A DNA stretch of 64,000 nt from Nitrospirota bacterium (GCA_963749655.1 CAVVOB010000018.1:32001-96000), one strand, 5' to 3'; counted from the stretch's first letter, positions 21,083 to 29,988 are shown. A program made the numbers and translations. Notes: generated by a model from the sequence alone, not told the origin.

Positions 21083-21540
21083 TTTTATGCGGGCAGTACT
21101 TCACAAAAAACAGATTCTAAGAATATATTTTTTTATTCTCTGTTTATCGTTTTCGTCTGCGTCAGCGTTGTTCAAGGTTATTATTCTGTCGATGGTCTGT
21201 ATTGGGTGGGTCGTCTCGTGAGGGGATTTCAGTCGGAATTCAGTCGGAAGTGTACCGCATTTAATTATTAAATTGTGCGGTATCTCGTTTGAGGCGTTCA
21301 CAACTTCAATGAGTTACATGGGTTGTTTGCTCAGTATTGTGCGGTTATTTTTTATTTTGATGAGGGTGGGGCGATCCCCAGGCCCACCCCCCTTGAAAAA
21401 TATTTGATCTGTTCGCGGGAATGCCCCTCACTGTTGGTTATAAATTGGGGTGTATTCTAAAACCCCTTTCGTTATTGGTCTAAATTGTTTTTTTTGATTC
21501 TCAGTCTTGGAAAAGTGGGGGGCCGGGGGGAGCGCAAATC

Positions 21541-22518
21541 ATGATCAACATTGACTTGAAACTGGTTGAGAAACACATGATGGACCTGAGGAGACTGACA
21601 GCAGCCTCATGCAAACGGTATCTCGCCTGCATCGCGGAGTTCGTCGATTATCGCCGCCAGAATGCGCAGGACGGCGATATGAGCAAAATAACGGGGCAGG
21701 ACATTACGGACTACCTGGCATGGTGTGCGAGCCGTGGAAATGGAAACCAGCGGCGCCGTTTCAAGCTCAGCGCTCTTCAGGCTTTTTTTTTCGTCCTGAC
21801 TCATGTCGGGATCATCGCAAGCGATCCAACCGCCGATATCCGCAGGCCGAAACCCAACAATGACCTGACGCACTTTTTCACGCGCGGAGAGATCTTGAAA
21901 ATGTTCACCGGTTTCCATGTCTCCATCGAGAAAGATATCCGGGACGCGGTTTTTCTAATCATGGGGGCCATGGCGGGATTGCGCGTCAGTGAGATCACCG
22001 GGTTCAACATCGATCATGCCGCGGACGACGGAAAGTGCATCGTCCTTCGTATCGTAAATACACGCGACGGGGGGGACCGCTCTGTTTCGCTCTGGCAGGA
22101 TCCGAGCTCCGTCGTACGAATGCTGCTTCGCGCGCGCCTGGCCCAGGTCGCCGGGAAAGGCGATCCGCTCCTGACGAGTTACAGGAAAGACGGCCGCCCT
22201 CGAGGCAACCGTCGCTTGACGCACGTCGCCTGCGAGAGGCTCCTGAAAAATCTTGCGAACCATGCAGGGATCCGGAAGCCCGTGATCACACCCACCGCGC
22301 TCCGCACTACCCATATCCGGGACCTGCAGCAGATCGTCGGCTACGACACACCGGAGATCAAGAAGCGTCTCGGCTGGGTTCAACTCAACTCCGCGGCCCG
22401 TTACTTTGAGCTGGGAAATAAAGTTCGCCGGCGGTACATCGGGCTCCGGGAGTACTGGGCCGATTTCAAATCGGTACCGATCGTCGAGAGCTGTAGATCA
22501 AGGAGGATATCCCGTTGA
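21541..22518 (+). CDS. XerC-like tyrosine recombinase, paralogue 1 (degenerate catalytic set)
   Basis: SAM-like N-domain; GLRVSEI, TALR in place of HxxR, LGW, AARYF. Confidence 0.85.
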   Translation: MINIDLKLVEKHMMDLRRLTAASCKRYLACIAEFVDYRRQNAQDGDMSKITGQDITDYLAWCASRGNGNQRRRFKLSALQAFFFVLTHVGIIASDPTADIRRPKPNNDLTHFFTRGEILKMFTGFHVSIEKDIRDAVFLIMGAMAGLRVSEITGFNIDHAADDGKCIVLRIVNTRDGGDRSVSLWQDPSSVVRMLLRARLAQVAGKGDPLLTSYRKDGRPRGNRRLTHVACERLLKNLANHAGIRKPVITPTALRTTHIRDLQQIVGYDTPEIKKRLGWVQLNSAARYFELGNKVRRRYIGLREYWADFKSVPIVESCRSRRISR

Positions 22519-22943
22519 AGATAGATAGCCAGCGGCGCAACCGCGAGGCAGTAACGCGGATGTTTCAGGGGCTCGTCGCCGACTTCGGAGACGATGCAGG
22601 CGAAGGAATCATTCGACATCTCGTCTCACAAGCCGGCCGGATCAGGATGTACATCCCCGGGCCCGGCCCGGACCCGCTCTTCCGCTGCGGTCCCTGCTTC
22701 CGTCAGCTCTGGAGAAGCACGTGTGAAAAGTTCGGGCGTGAATACGGGCACACGATCATGAATAAAATAATGGCAGAACTCGGCAACCGCCGCGTACGAT
22801 TTCCTGATCATGAATTTCTTTATCGGGCGGAGCGAAACAGAAGGATACGGGATCTTCACGATGGGAATAACCGCAGCGAACTCGCCTTTCGATTTAAACT
22901 CTGTCTGCCGCAAATCCGCAACATCGTGAACGGTAATACATAA
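22515..22943 (+). CDS. Mor/C-family transcription activator-like protein
   Basis: RNRRIRDLHDGNNRSELAFRFKLCLPQIRNIV matches the Mor HTH pattern; G.RMYIP and G.RRVRFP linkers. Confidence 0.75.
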   Translation: MKIDSQRRNREAVTRMFQGLVADFGDDAGEGIIRHLVSQAGRIRMYIPGPGPDPLFRCGPCFRQLWRSTCEKFGREYGHTIMNKIMAELGNRRVRFPDHEFLYRAERNRRIRDLHDGNNRSELAFRFKLCLPQIRNIVNGNT

Positions 22944-22948
22944 CTTCC

Positions 22949-23935
22949 ATGTCGATCGATCCAGAAGACAGCATGCTGCTTGAAAAGTTTGAGAAGCATA
23001 TACGCATACTCAAAGGGCTCGTTCCATCTTCGGTTCATGCCTATATCAGGCACGTAAAAGAATTTCTTGCATGGCGTGACGGTAACGCTTTGACGGGGCC
23101 AGTCACACGCCAGGACATTGAGAATTTTCTTGAGTGGTGCTATCGACGCGGCAACGGCAATGCCACGCGGATTTCGAAGCTGACGGCCCTGCAGAATTAT
23201 TTTCGTTATCTGGCCTACTCCGGGAAGCTGCCCGACGACCCAACGGCAAACCTCCCGCGCCCGCGATCGAGCCGGCCGTTCATGCTGACGTTCTCGCACG
23301 AAGAGATATTGCGGCTGTTCGGAGCGGTCGACCTGGCGTCCGACAAAGGCCTCCGGGACGCCGTATTCCTGATCCTTGGATCCTTGGCAGGGTTCCGGGT
23401 GAGCGAGATCGTAAATTTCAAGATCGAGCAGGTCCAGGACGACGGCAAGGAGATGGATCTTGTCATACCGAAAACCAAGCGCGGCGCCGGCAGGGTTGTC
23501 TATCTCTGGAAGATGCCTGCCGATTATGTCCGCGCACTGCTTCTTACTCGTCTCAACCAGGGCGCAAAGATCGGGGATCCCCTGCTGACGGGTTATTACA
23601 AAGGCGGCCGCCCGCGCGGAAATCGACCCATGAGCACAAAGGGGCTCGACACCCTGCTTAAAACGCTCGCCAGGCGGGCAAAGATCCGCAAACCCGCTGT
23701 CAAATGCCACATGTTGCGAGGCACGCATGCAAACGACCTGCAGCACGTGAGAGGGTACACCCTTCCCGCAATAATGGAGCGCATGGGCTGGCAGAACCTC
23801 GAGACCGCGGCCCGATACCTCGTTCGGCGAGAGCGCATCCACCGTGAGTGCCGCAGTCTGCACGAATACTGGATCGACCTCGGCCGGGTATGGAGAAAGG
23901 AAGATGCTGCCGCCGATAGCAACCAAGCCGCGTGA
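22949..23935 (+). CDS. XerC-like tyrosine recombinase, paralogue 2
   Basis: FRVSEI (R), KTK (K), HMLR, MGW, AARYL (Y). Confidence 0.9.
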   Translation: MSIDPEDSMLLEKFEKHIRILKGLVPSSVHAYIRHVKEFLAWRDGNALTGPVTRQDIENFLEWCYRRGNGNATRISKLTALQNYFRYLAYSGKLPDDPTANLPRPRSSRPFMLTFSHEEILRLFGAVDLASDKGLRDAVFLILGSLAGFRVSEIVNFKIEQVQDDGKEMDLVIPKTKRGAGRVVYLWKMPADYVRALLLTRLNQGAKIGDPLLTGYYKGGRPRGNRPMSTKGLDTLLKTLARRAKIRKPAVKCHMLRGTHANDLQHVRGYTLPAIMERMGWQNLETAARYLVRRERIHRECRSLHEYWIDLGRVWRKEDAAADSNQAA

Positions 23936-24120
23936 GCACATCACGCCACGTCACGACGGTCACGCTGTGTCACGGTCCAAGGTTAAAACATCTCATCACG
24001 ATAGACTAGCAATTCACAAATTCTGATAATTTGTAAATTCGTCGGTTCAGGCTGGATACCCGGTCCACGAGCGATACAGCAGACACTCCGACGCCGCCCG
24101 CAACTCCCCTTACTTTTCTC

Positions 24121-24161
24121 TTGACAATTAGTCTTAATTTTGACTATAATTCCGATTATAG
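24121..24161 (+). promoter_or_regulatory. consensus sigma70 promoter with two overlapping palindromes
   Basis: TTGACA-18-TATAAT; TAGTC-N8-GACTA and CTATAAT-N4-ATTATAG; AAGGAGG RBS follows. Confidence 0.8.
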
Positions 24162-24173
24162 AAAGGAGGAGCC

Positions 24174-24359
24174 ATGTCGCCATTGAAGTTTGTCACCATT
24201 TCCGAATTTAAAGCCAAGGCAACGGCGATCGTAGCCGAAATCGAGAAAACCAAAAGACAGGTAGTCATCACGAAGAACGGCCTGCCGGTGGTCGTGCTCT
24301 CGCCGGCGCTGGAAGATCAATTCGAGTATCTGGAAAAGCCAAAGAAAAAATCAAAGTAA
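24174..24359 (+). CDS. Phd/YefM-family antitoxin-like protein
   Basis: VTISEFKAKATAIVAEIEKTKRQVVITKNGLPVVVL. Confidence 0.85.
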   Translation: MSPLKFVTISEFKAKATAIVAEIEKTKRQVVITKNGLPVVVLSPALEDQFEYLEKPKKKSK

Positions 24360-24389
24360 GGCCCAAGGGCCGGAAAAGGAGAAGAGACC

Positions 24390-24713
24390 ATGAAGATACA
24401 CAAGCTCAAAGAATTGGTGGAAGAACGTAAGAAGGAAAAGAATGCAGTCGCCGAATTGCTTCACGGGGTTAAAAAGACTAACACAGATCCTGATCTGGTG
24501 AATGCTATTCAACTGAGAATGCACGAAATGGATTCCTTCATCCAGGTTATGCATGCGGCCATGGAAAGCGATAACTACGACGAGAGTTTTTATAGGGAGC
24601 ACGTGAGCGGTATGACATGTTTGCTCGAGGAACGATTTAACGATATCCAAATCTTGGTCGACGCGCTCATCCAGGAAAGGACCGAGAAAACGAGAGCACT
24701 GAAACTTGCGTAG
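24390..24713 (+). CDS. hypothetical helical protein
   Basis: ORF with AAGGAG RBS; no motif recognised. Confidence 0.6.
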   Translation: MKIHKLKELVEERKKEKNAVAELLHGVKKTNTDPDLVNAIQLRMHEMDSFIQVMHAAMESDNYDESFYREHVSGMTCLLEERFNDIQILVDALIQERTEKTRALKLA

Positions 24714-24782
24714 CTATGACCGTAACGAGGGGCAATTCTTCGAAACCATAATGAGAACAATTTCTATAGGAGACTAAATCAC

Positions 24783-24983
24783 ATGAAAAAGGAAATAATC
24801 AGCGCAAAGACCATCTCGATAACCATTGCTGGAAAAAACGAGCATGACATCGATGAAACCATGGAAAGCTTTTTCGAGATAGTTCGCAGGAAAGTCAAAC
24901 GCGGCCATCATATGATGAAGCCGAAGAAGATCGGGGCAGCAAGGGGCTATTTCGATGTCGTGGAATACGCAAGACACGTTTGA
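24783..24983 (+). CDS. hypothetical protein
   Basis: 66-aa ORF with AGGAG RBS. Confidence 0.5.
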   Translation: MKKEIISAKTISITIAGKNEHDIDETMESFFEIVRRKVKRGHHMMKPKKIGAARGYFDVVEYARHV

Positions 24984-25049
24984 AGAGACGGCAACTCTTC
25001 ATATTAGTACTGCCGGCGACGAATCGCGTAAGGACAGGGAGGTCATGCC

Positions 25050-25745
25050 ATGAATATCGTGCTCGCGAATTACGGAATGCCGAAGACGGAATTTAAAGGC
25101 CTGTATGGCCCGGACAACCGACCGCTGCCGTCGATCGCAGCGGAAAAGCCGAAGCCGGTCAAGAGGGTGTACGTGGTTCGGTTTTTCTCATACGAAGCCG
25201 AGAACAGGCTGCTTAGACTCCTGGACAGTCTCAAAGGCGATCATCCGGCGCGAGATCTGATGATCATGGAACTGGGCTTCGGCACCGGGCTGCGCATTGC
25301 GGAGGTCGGCAGGCTTACCGTGGGCCACGTCCGCAACCAGGAGGACCTGACGGTTGTCTGCAAGGGCAGCAAGGAGCGCGTGCTCCCCATCAGCAAGCAC
25401 CTGCAGCGCAGGATCAAGGATTTCATCAAGCGAAAGCTGATCTGGGGCGAGAGCATCCGGGACGATGCCCCGCTTTTCGTATCGCAGATGGACGGGCCAT
25501 TGTCACGGCGCAGCATGCAGGAGATGTTCGAGAAATGGTGCAAGCGGGCCGGGCTCACGGCCGCGAACGGCAAGGCGGCCTACACGTTCCACTGCATGAG
25601 GCACACTTTCGCCATGCGGCTCAGGGAGCGCGGCTACACGATCGAGAAGGTGGCCGAGATGCTCGGGCACTCGTCAATCGAATCCACGCGGAAGTATTTC
25701 CGGATGACCATGGAAGAAATGCGCGAGGCGGTGAATTCGTTGTAA
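25050..25745 (+). CDS. short, catalytic-domain-only tyrosine recombinase
   Basis: GLRIAEV, KGSKER, HCMRHTFA, LGH, TRKYF; 231 aa; GGGAGG RBS. Confidence 0.92.
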   Translation: MNIVLANYGMPKTEFKGLYGPDNRPLPSIAAEKPKPVKRVYVVRFFSYEAENRLLRLLDSLKGDHPARDLMIMELGFGTGLRIAEVGRLTVGHVRNQEDLTVVCKGSKERVLPISKHLQRRIKDFIKRKLIWGESIRDDAPLFVSQMDGPLSRRSMQEMFEKWCKRAGLTAANGKAAYTFHCMRHTFAMRLRERGYTIEKVAEMLGHSSIESTRKYFRMTMEEMREAVNSL

Positions 25746-25821
25746 AACATGCCCGTGAAGTTCATCAAGCTGTTGCAGATGCAGACGCATAACCCGTCGG
25801 GCAAGGCAGAAGGAGGGTAAC

Positions 25822-26242
25822 ATGAAAAGCGAGCTTACGATATCGGAGACCGAGCTAGAGGAGTGTCGTGTTTGGAAGCGTAAAACCGTGACTCGAATTT
25901 TTGAGATGGAACAGTTGGGCTGTCTTCGAGGATTTCATAAAACGTATGCTCAAGGATGTCCGAACGCCGGCAATGTACAAAGGGAATGCGCTGGATATTA
26001 GCGCCCTTTTAAGTCTAACCTCCTGGTATAGAGAACTTGCCCCTTATGCGCTGCCTAACGGAGAAGCGCTTGACTTCACACGCGCTGAGATCGAAGAATA
26101 TTTCGGAGAGCCCGTCGACTGGCTTTGGTTTTGCGGCATGAAAGAGGATCAAAGGGGCACCCTACCGCCAATCTATTTTTTCAGAAACTATGACAAAGCG
26201 GCAGCCATTCATAAAATCGATCTACAAGCCACTACTGACTGA
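25822..26242 (+). CDS. hypothetical protein; probable frameshift near 25900
   Basis: GGAGG RBS and ATG at 25822 join the ORF 25901-26242 across a T run. Confidence 0.45.
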
Positions 26243-26312
26243 ACCACGTCAATTATCGCAGCACGAGAATTCATAAGTTCAAGTCGCCGGTTCCCAGGGA
26301 CAAATAAATCGC

Positions 26313-26341
26313 TTGACACATGTAACCATAAAGGTTACACT
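26313..26341 (+). promoter_or_regulatory. higBA promoter with palindromic operator
   Basis: TTGACA-17-TACACT; TGTAACC-N5-GGTTACA. Confidence 0.8.
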
Positions 26342-26349
26342 ATGAATAG

Positions 26350-26628
26350 ATGATAAAATCCTTCATCCACAAGGGACTAGAAAACTTCTTTTTCGACGGT
26401 ACGAAGAAAGGGATTCTGGCCGCCCATGCTCAGAAGCTCGCGGACATTCTGGATAGACTCGATGCCTCGCAAGCCGTGGAAGACATGAGATACCCCGGTT
26501 CGGACCTGCATCCATTGAAAGGCCAACTGAAAGGTTCTTGGGCGGTAAAGGTTTCCGGGAACTGGCGGGTTGTCTTCACCTTCAAAGAAGGCAACGCCTA
26601 TGACGTGAATTATCTTGATTATCATTAA
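26350..26628 (+). CDS. higB: HigB (RelE-like) toxin
   Basis: MIKSFIHKGLE, LHPLKG, VSGNWRVVFTF, YLDYH. Confidence 0.95.
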   Translation: MIKSFIHKGLENFFFDGTKKGILAAHAQKLADILDRLDASQAVEDMRYPGSDLHPLKGQLKGSWAVKVSGNWRVVFTFKEGNAYDVNYLDYH

Positions 26629-26639
26629 GAGGTGAAAAC

Positions 26640-26933
26640 ATGAGAACGCGAAAGAGAATACCCACTCATCCGGGTGGAATTTTGAAAAGGCAGTATCTGG
26701 ATCCGTTGTCCCTGACGGTTTCTGATCTCGCCGGGACGCTGGGCGTGTCTCGCAAGACTCTTTCAAAAATCGTGAACGAACGCGGCGCCGTAACCCCCGA
26801 CATGGCGCTTCGTCTCTCCAAGGCGTTCAACACGACCCCAGAGCTGTGGCTCACCCTCCAGCGCAATTTCGATTTATGGGAAGCCGCGCATAAGTCGAAC
26901 GACTGGAAGATGATAGAGGCGATAGCAGTTTAA
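26640..26933 (+). CDS. higA: HigA antitoxin
   Basis: HPGGIL, LGVSRKTLSKIVN, TPDMALRLS, PELWLTLQ. Confidence 0.95.
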   Translation: MRTRKRIPTHPGGILKRQYLDPLSLTVSDLAGTLGVSRKTLSKIVNERGAVTPDMALRLSKAFNTTPELWLTLQRNFDLWEAAHKSNDWKMIEAIAV

Positions 26934-27009
26934 CCGGCATAACGCAATCGATGCCGAACCAGGTTCACTCTTTACCGCACCTCTAAAAACCAAAGTACGG
27001 AGGTTGAGC

Positions 27010-27537
27010 ATGAGCAAGAATCTTAGAATTGCCCTGATCGTTTTCGTTTTATTGGTGTTCTGCATGGGTTTCTATTTTTCCCCGTACCTGGCAGTCCATA
27101 ACATGAGGAACGCGGCCGCCGGCAACGATGGGGAGGCATTATCCGGGTATGTTGATTTTCCGCTGCTGCGGGAAAGTCTGAAAGCGAACTTCAACGCCAA
27201 GTTGGTGAGCGAGGCGGCAAAGAATAAGAATCCGTTCGAAACATTTGGATCCGCCCTGGCCATGGCCATGATCGGCCCGATGGTCGACGCGATGGTCACG
27301 CCGGAAAGCGTGGCCATGATGATGAAAGGGAAAAAGCCGAAACTGTCCCCACCGGGCGATAAACCGGCGGTCCAGGAGAAACCGGAAGCGGATAATACCG
27401 AAACGTCCATGGCGTACCGCGGATTGAACAAATTCGTCTTGAGCATCAGACAAAAAGACAAGACAGATGAACCGATCGAACTCATATTTCGGAGGAACAC
27501 GCTATTTTTCTGGAAGCTGTCCAGCTTGAGAATGTAA
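27010..27537 (+). CDS. DUF2939-like exported protein
   Basis: TM helix followed by SPYLAV...YVDFPLLRESLK...MVDAMVTPE...WKL. Confidence 0.75.
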   Translation: MSKNLRIALIVFVLLVFCMGFYFSPYLAVHNMRNAAAGNDGEALSGYVDFPLLRESLKANFNAKLVSEAAKNKNPFETFGSALAMAMIGPMVDAMVTPESVAMMMKGKKPKLSPPGDKPAVQEKPEADNTETSMAYRGLNKFVLSIRQKDKTDEPIELIFRRNTLFFWKLSSLRM

Positions 27538-27571
27538 ACTGGGCCCGGGCGCCCGCACGGAGGGCGAAGAG

Positions 27572-28699
27572 ATGAAAAAAAGCAAAAAATGGAGCACTAA
27601 GAATCATGATAATGATAGATTCTTCCTTTCCGAACGGGAAGATGAGATACTTCTCCAAGAGAAACGCCTCAATGAAATTGGAGGATATGGTTCTGACAAT
27701 CATGATTGGATAGCTGAGTACGAAGAAGAACTTCGTAAAAAGAAGGAGCACTTAAAAAATGAATGCCCCTATCTAAGAAAGTTATCCCCAAAACTTTTAC
27801 CCCATGGTGGAACTTATGAGGTAGACTCGTTTGACGAACGGTACCGGTTGTCGTTTGCGCGCTTTGGTCGAGGAGAAAAAGAATGGTCAGCAGGAAATCC
27901 TCGTTTCATGTTTTTTTATTTTATCGATAAGCAGAAGACAAAATATGAAGAGTGGTTAAGCTTTGAGGAAGTACTGGCACAGGTCAACCAAGATATTCTT
28001 AAAGGGGTCTATGATAAACCGCACCCCCAAGACTACCTGGCTATGCGCGCATTAAACCTATATGAGGATTGTAGCTACCTTGGTGGACGAGCATCTGCTG
28101 CTTGGCTGAAACATTATAACGAAAAAATGGATGAGCTGGTCATTCACGCTTTTTATTCACTACCTTCACTCAGCCAATCGCAAAAACCAGGCATCAAGTT
28201 ATTAATACAGCACTATGACAAACGCCGCGGGCAAATGTTTGACAGTAATCCTGCAGTGAGACACGATGCTGCACTTTTTTGGGAAGGGCTTTTACATTGG
28301 AATGATAGATACAATAAAAGCATATTCCCCAAGCGTCTGTTTATAACAGGTCTCGTGCATTTTTTATTGCCGATTGCCTGGAACCTGAAAGACAAATATT
28401 TGCAGCAATTCCCCAAGGACAAGAAAACGATCAATCGACCCGTGAAGCCCGTTGAGCTGAGGTGCTGGAGAACCAAAGTTAAGACCCTGGACCCTCGCCT
28501 AATTCAGCTAGAAGATGCAGACCAGTTGAAGCATCTCGTGCCGGAAGAGCCAAAATACTATATCGAACAGCATCTCCTCCCTGCGTTTTTCAAACTCTTC
28601 GAATTTAAAAAGACCTCAGCAGGATTCAGCGACGAACAGCTGATTGCGAAGGCAAGACGGGCTATCAAAGACAGAATAATCGCTGAAAAAAGGATCTAA
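27572..28699 (+). CDS. hypothetical protein, AT-rich cargo
   Basis: 375-aa ORF, visibly AT-richer than the host DNA; no motif recognised. Confidence 0.7.
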   Translation: MKKSKKWSTKNHDNDRFFLSEREDEILLQEKRLNEIGGYGSDNHDWIAEYEEELRKKKEHLKNECPYLRKLSPKLLPHGGTYEVDSFDERYRLSFARFGRGEKEWSAGNPRFMFFYFIDKQKTKYEEWLSFEEVLAQVNQDILKGVYDKPHPQDYLAMRALNLYEDCSYLGGRASAAWLKHYNEKMDELVIHAFYSLPSLSQSQKPGIKLLIQHYDKRRGQMFDSNPAVRHDAALFWEGLLHWNDRYNKSIFPKRLFITGLVHFLLPIAWNLKDKYLQQFPKDKKTINRPVKPVELRCWRTKVKTLDPRLIQLEDADQLKHLVPEEPKYYIEQHLLPAFFKLFEFKKTSAGFSDEQLIAKARRAIKDRIIAEKRI

Positions 28700-28895
28700 A
28701 CGATCCTTCCTACCCCCCCTACAGGTGAGCAGATGTAAACTCCTCACCAAGCACCCCCTACCATTTTCGGATGAGTTCGTTTATGCTCATGGCAGATAAT
28801 TTATCGCCATGAGAGAGACCACGGCACAACAACAATTTACGATCGGCCTACTGTTCAACCCGTCACGGGGACCTGAGCAATGCCGTTAATCATCG

Positions 28896-28959
28896 AGCCG
28901 AAGGGACCGCCCGGCAACCGTCACACGACGGAGCTGCTGGGTCACCCTTCGGCTTTTTT
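28896..28959 (+). terminator. long hairpin with T tract
   Basis: AGCCGAAGGG...CCCTTCGGCT-TTTTT with further internal pairing. Confidence 0.65.
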
Positions 28960-29086
28960 GTGTGGATGATCGAGGGGCTGGTGGTTGGCCAAAAGCTCTC
29001 GCGCCCAATTCCATTGCGAGTGTCCTCCTCCGGCTGTCAGCCTCTCGATGATTCATTGAGTCGCTAATCGAAAGGAGAATCGAACG

Positions 29087-29494
29087 ATGATGAAAGAACT
29101 CAGAGAACTCATGAGTAAATTCCTGGAACTGCAAGTACGTTTCGCCGAAACATCTGCTGTGAATGATCATAAGGTCGCTCAGTTGGAGGCGCGAATTGCC
29201 GAACTCACCCCCCTGGCATCTTACGGGCGGCAGTTTCACGGCCATTTGGTCGAAAAATTCATACAGAGCAAGAAGTTATTGGACGAAGTTGCATCCGGGC
29301 TGGAGGAGACCTTAAAAAAGACGGTCGCAGAATGGCCGATCTACATTTTGCAAAAGGAGGTTGAGCTTCTCGAGAAGCGCGTATCCGAGAAAGTCATTGT
29401 ACGTGCAGGGGCCAGCCTTTTACGCCCCAAAACCACGATCGAAAGGCAACTTGTGCGAACGAAGCGAAAAAATCCCCTTCGTTCGAAGCGCTGA
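29087..29494 (+). CDS. coiled-coil protein, possibly capsid-scaffold-like
   Basis: AAGGAG RBS; heptad pattern VAQLEARIAELTPLASYGRQF; function is inference. Confidence 0.5.
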   Translation: MMKELRELMSKFLELQVRFAETSAVNDHKVAQLEARIAELTPLASYGRQFHGHLVEKFIQSKKLLDEVASGLEETLKKTVAEWPIYILQKEVELLEKRVSEKVIVRAGASLLRPKTTIERQLVRTKRKNPLRSKR

Positions 29495-29522
29495 GACAAA
29501 TAATTCGTAAAGGAGTTCCGTT

Positions 29523-29828
29523 ATGAATGACCGGAAAGTCGTCGCGGCTCTGCCCGCCATTACAGACTCACATCTCATGACGTATCTTGAGAGCCAAGGC
29601 GTCCCGTTCAAGGCACAGATACTGGAAATCGAATGTCCAGGCAAGGTAACGGTGGGCTTCATAGTTCCTGATGATGCAAGGACAATGAAGCTCATCACTC
29701 AATATGAATCGAACTGCTTGACGCCTGTCATGGATTATGTTGCGGCAGAAAAGCGTATTAAAGATGTCATCATGCCGTTGGTTCGGTCGGCCAAAATGGG
29801 CAGATGCGTCCCCGTAAGAAATTTATGA
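29523..29828 (+). CDS. DUF5659-like small phage protein
   Basis: TDSHLMTYL..G...V.F..Y.....V.DY....KRIK pattern; AAGGAG RBS. Confidence 0.5.
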   Translation: MNDRKVVAALPAITDSHLMTYLESQGVPFKAQILEIECPGKVTVGFIVPDDARTMKLITQYESNCLTPVMDYVAAEKRIKDVIMPLVRSAKMGRCVPVRNL

Positions 29829-29988
29829 ATTGGAGGGGGCGAGTGATGTTCTGTGGCTCCTAACCATAGCGAGCCTCACAGGGGCTTGCCGAGCCTAAAA
29901 GCTACCTCCTGTTCCTCCGTCGGCCGCCAATCCTAAACGGAGGTTGGTTCGGCCGGCTCCTGTGACGCTCGACGGTCAAGACGAACGT

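Noticed and set aside
21541-25745. RIT (recombinase-in-trio) element
   Set aside because: The three recombinases are not adjacent and overlapping, a Mor-like gene and other ORFs intervene, and I saw no terminal inverted repeats.
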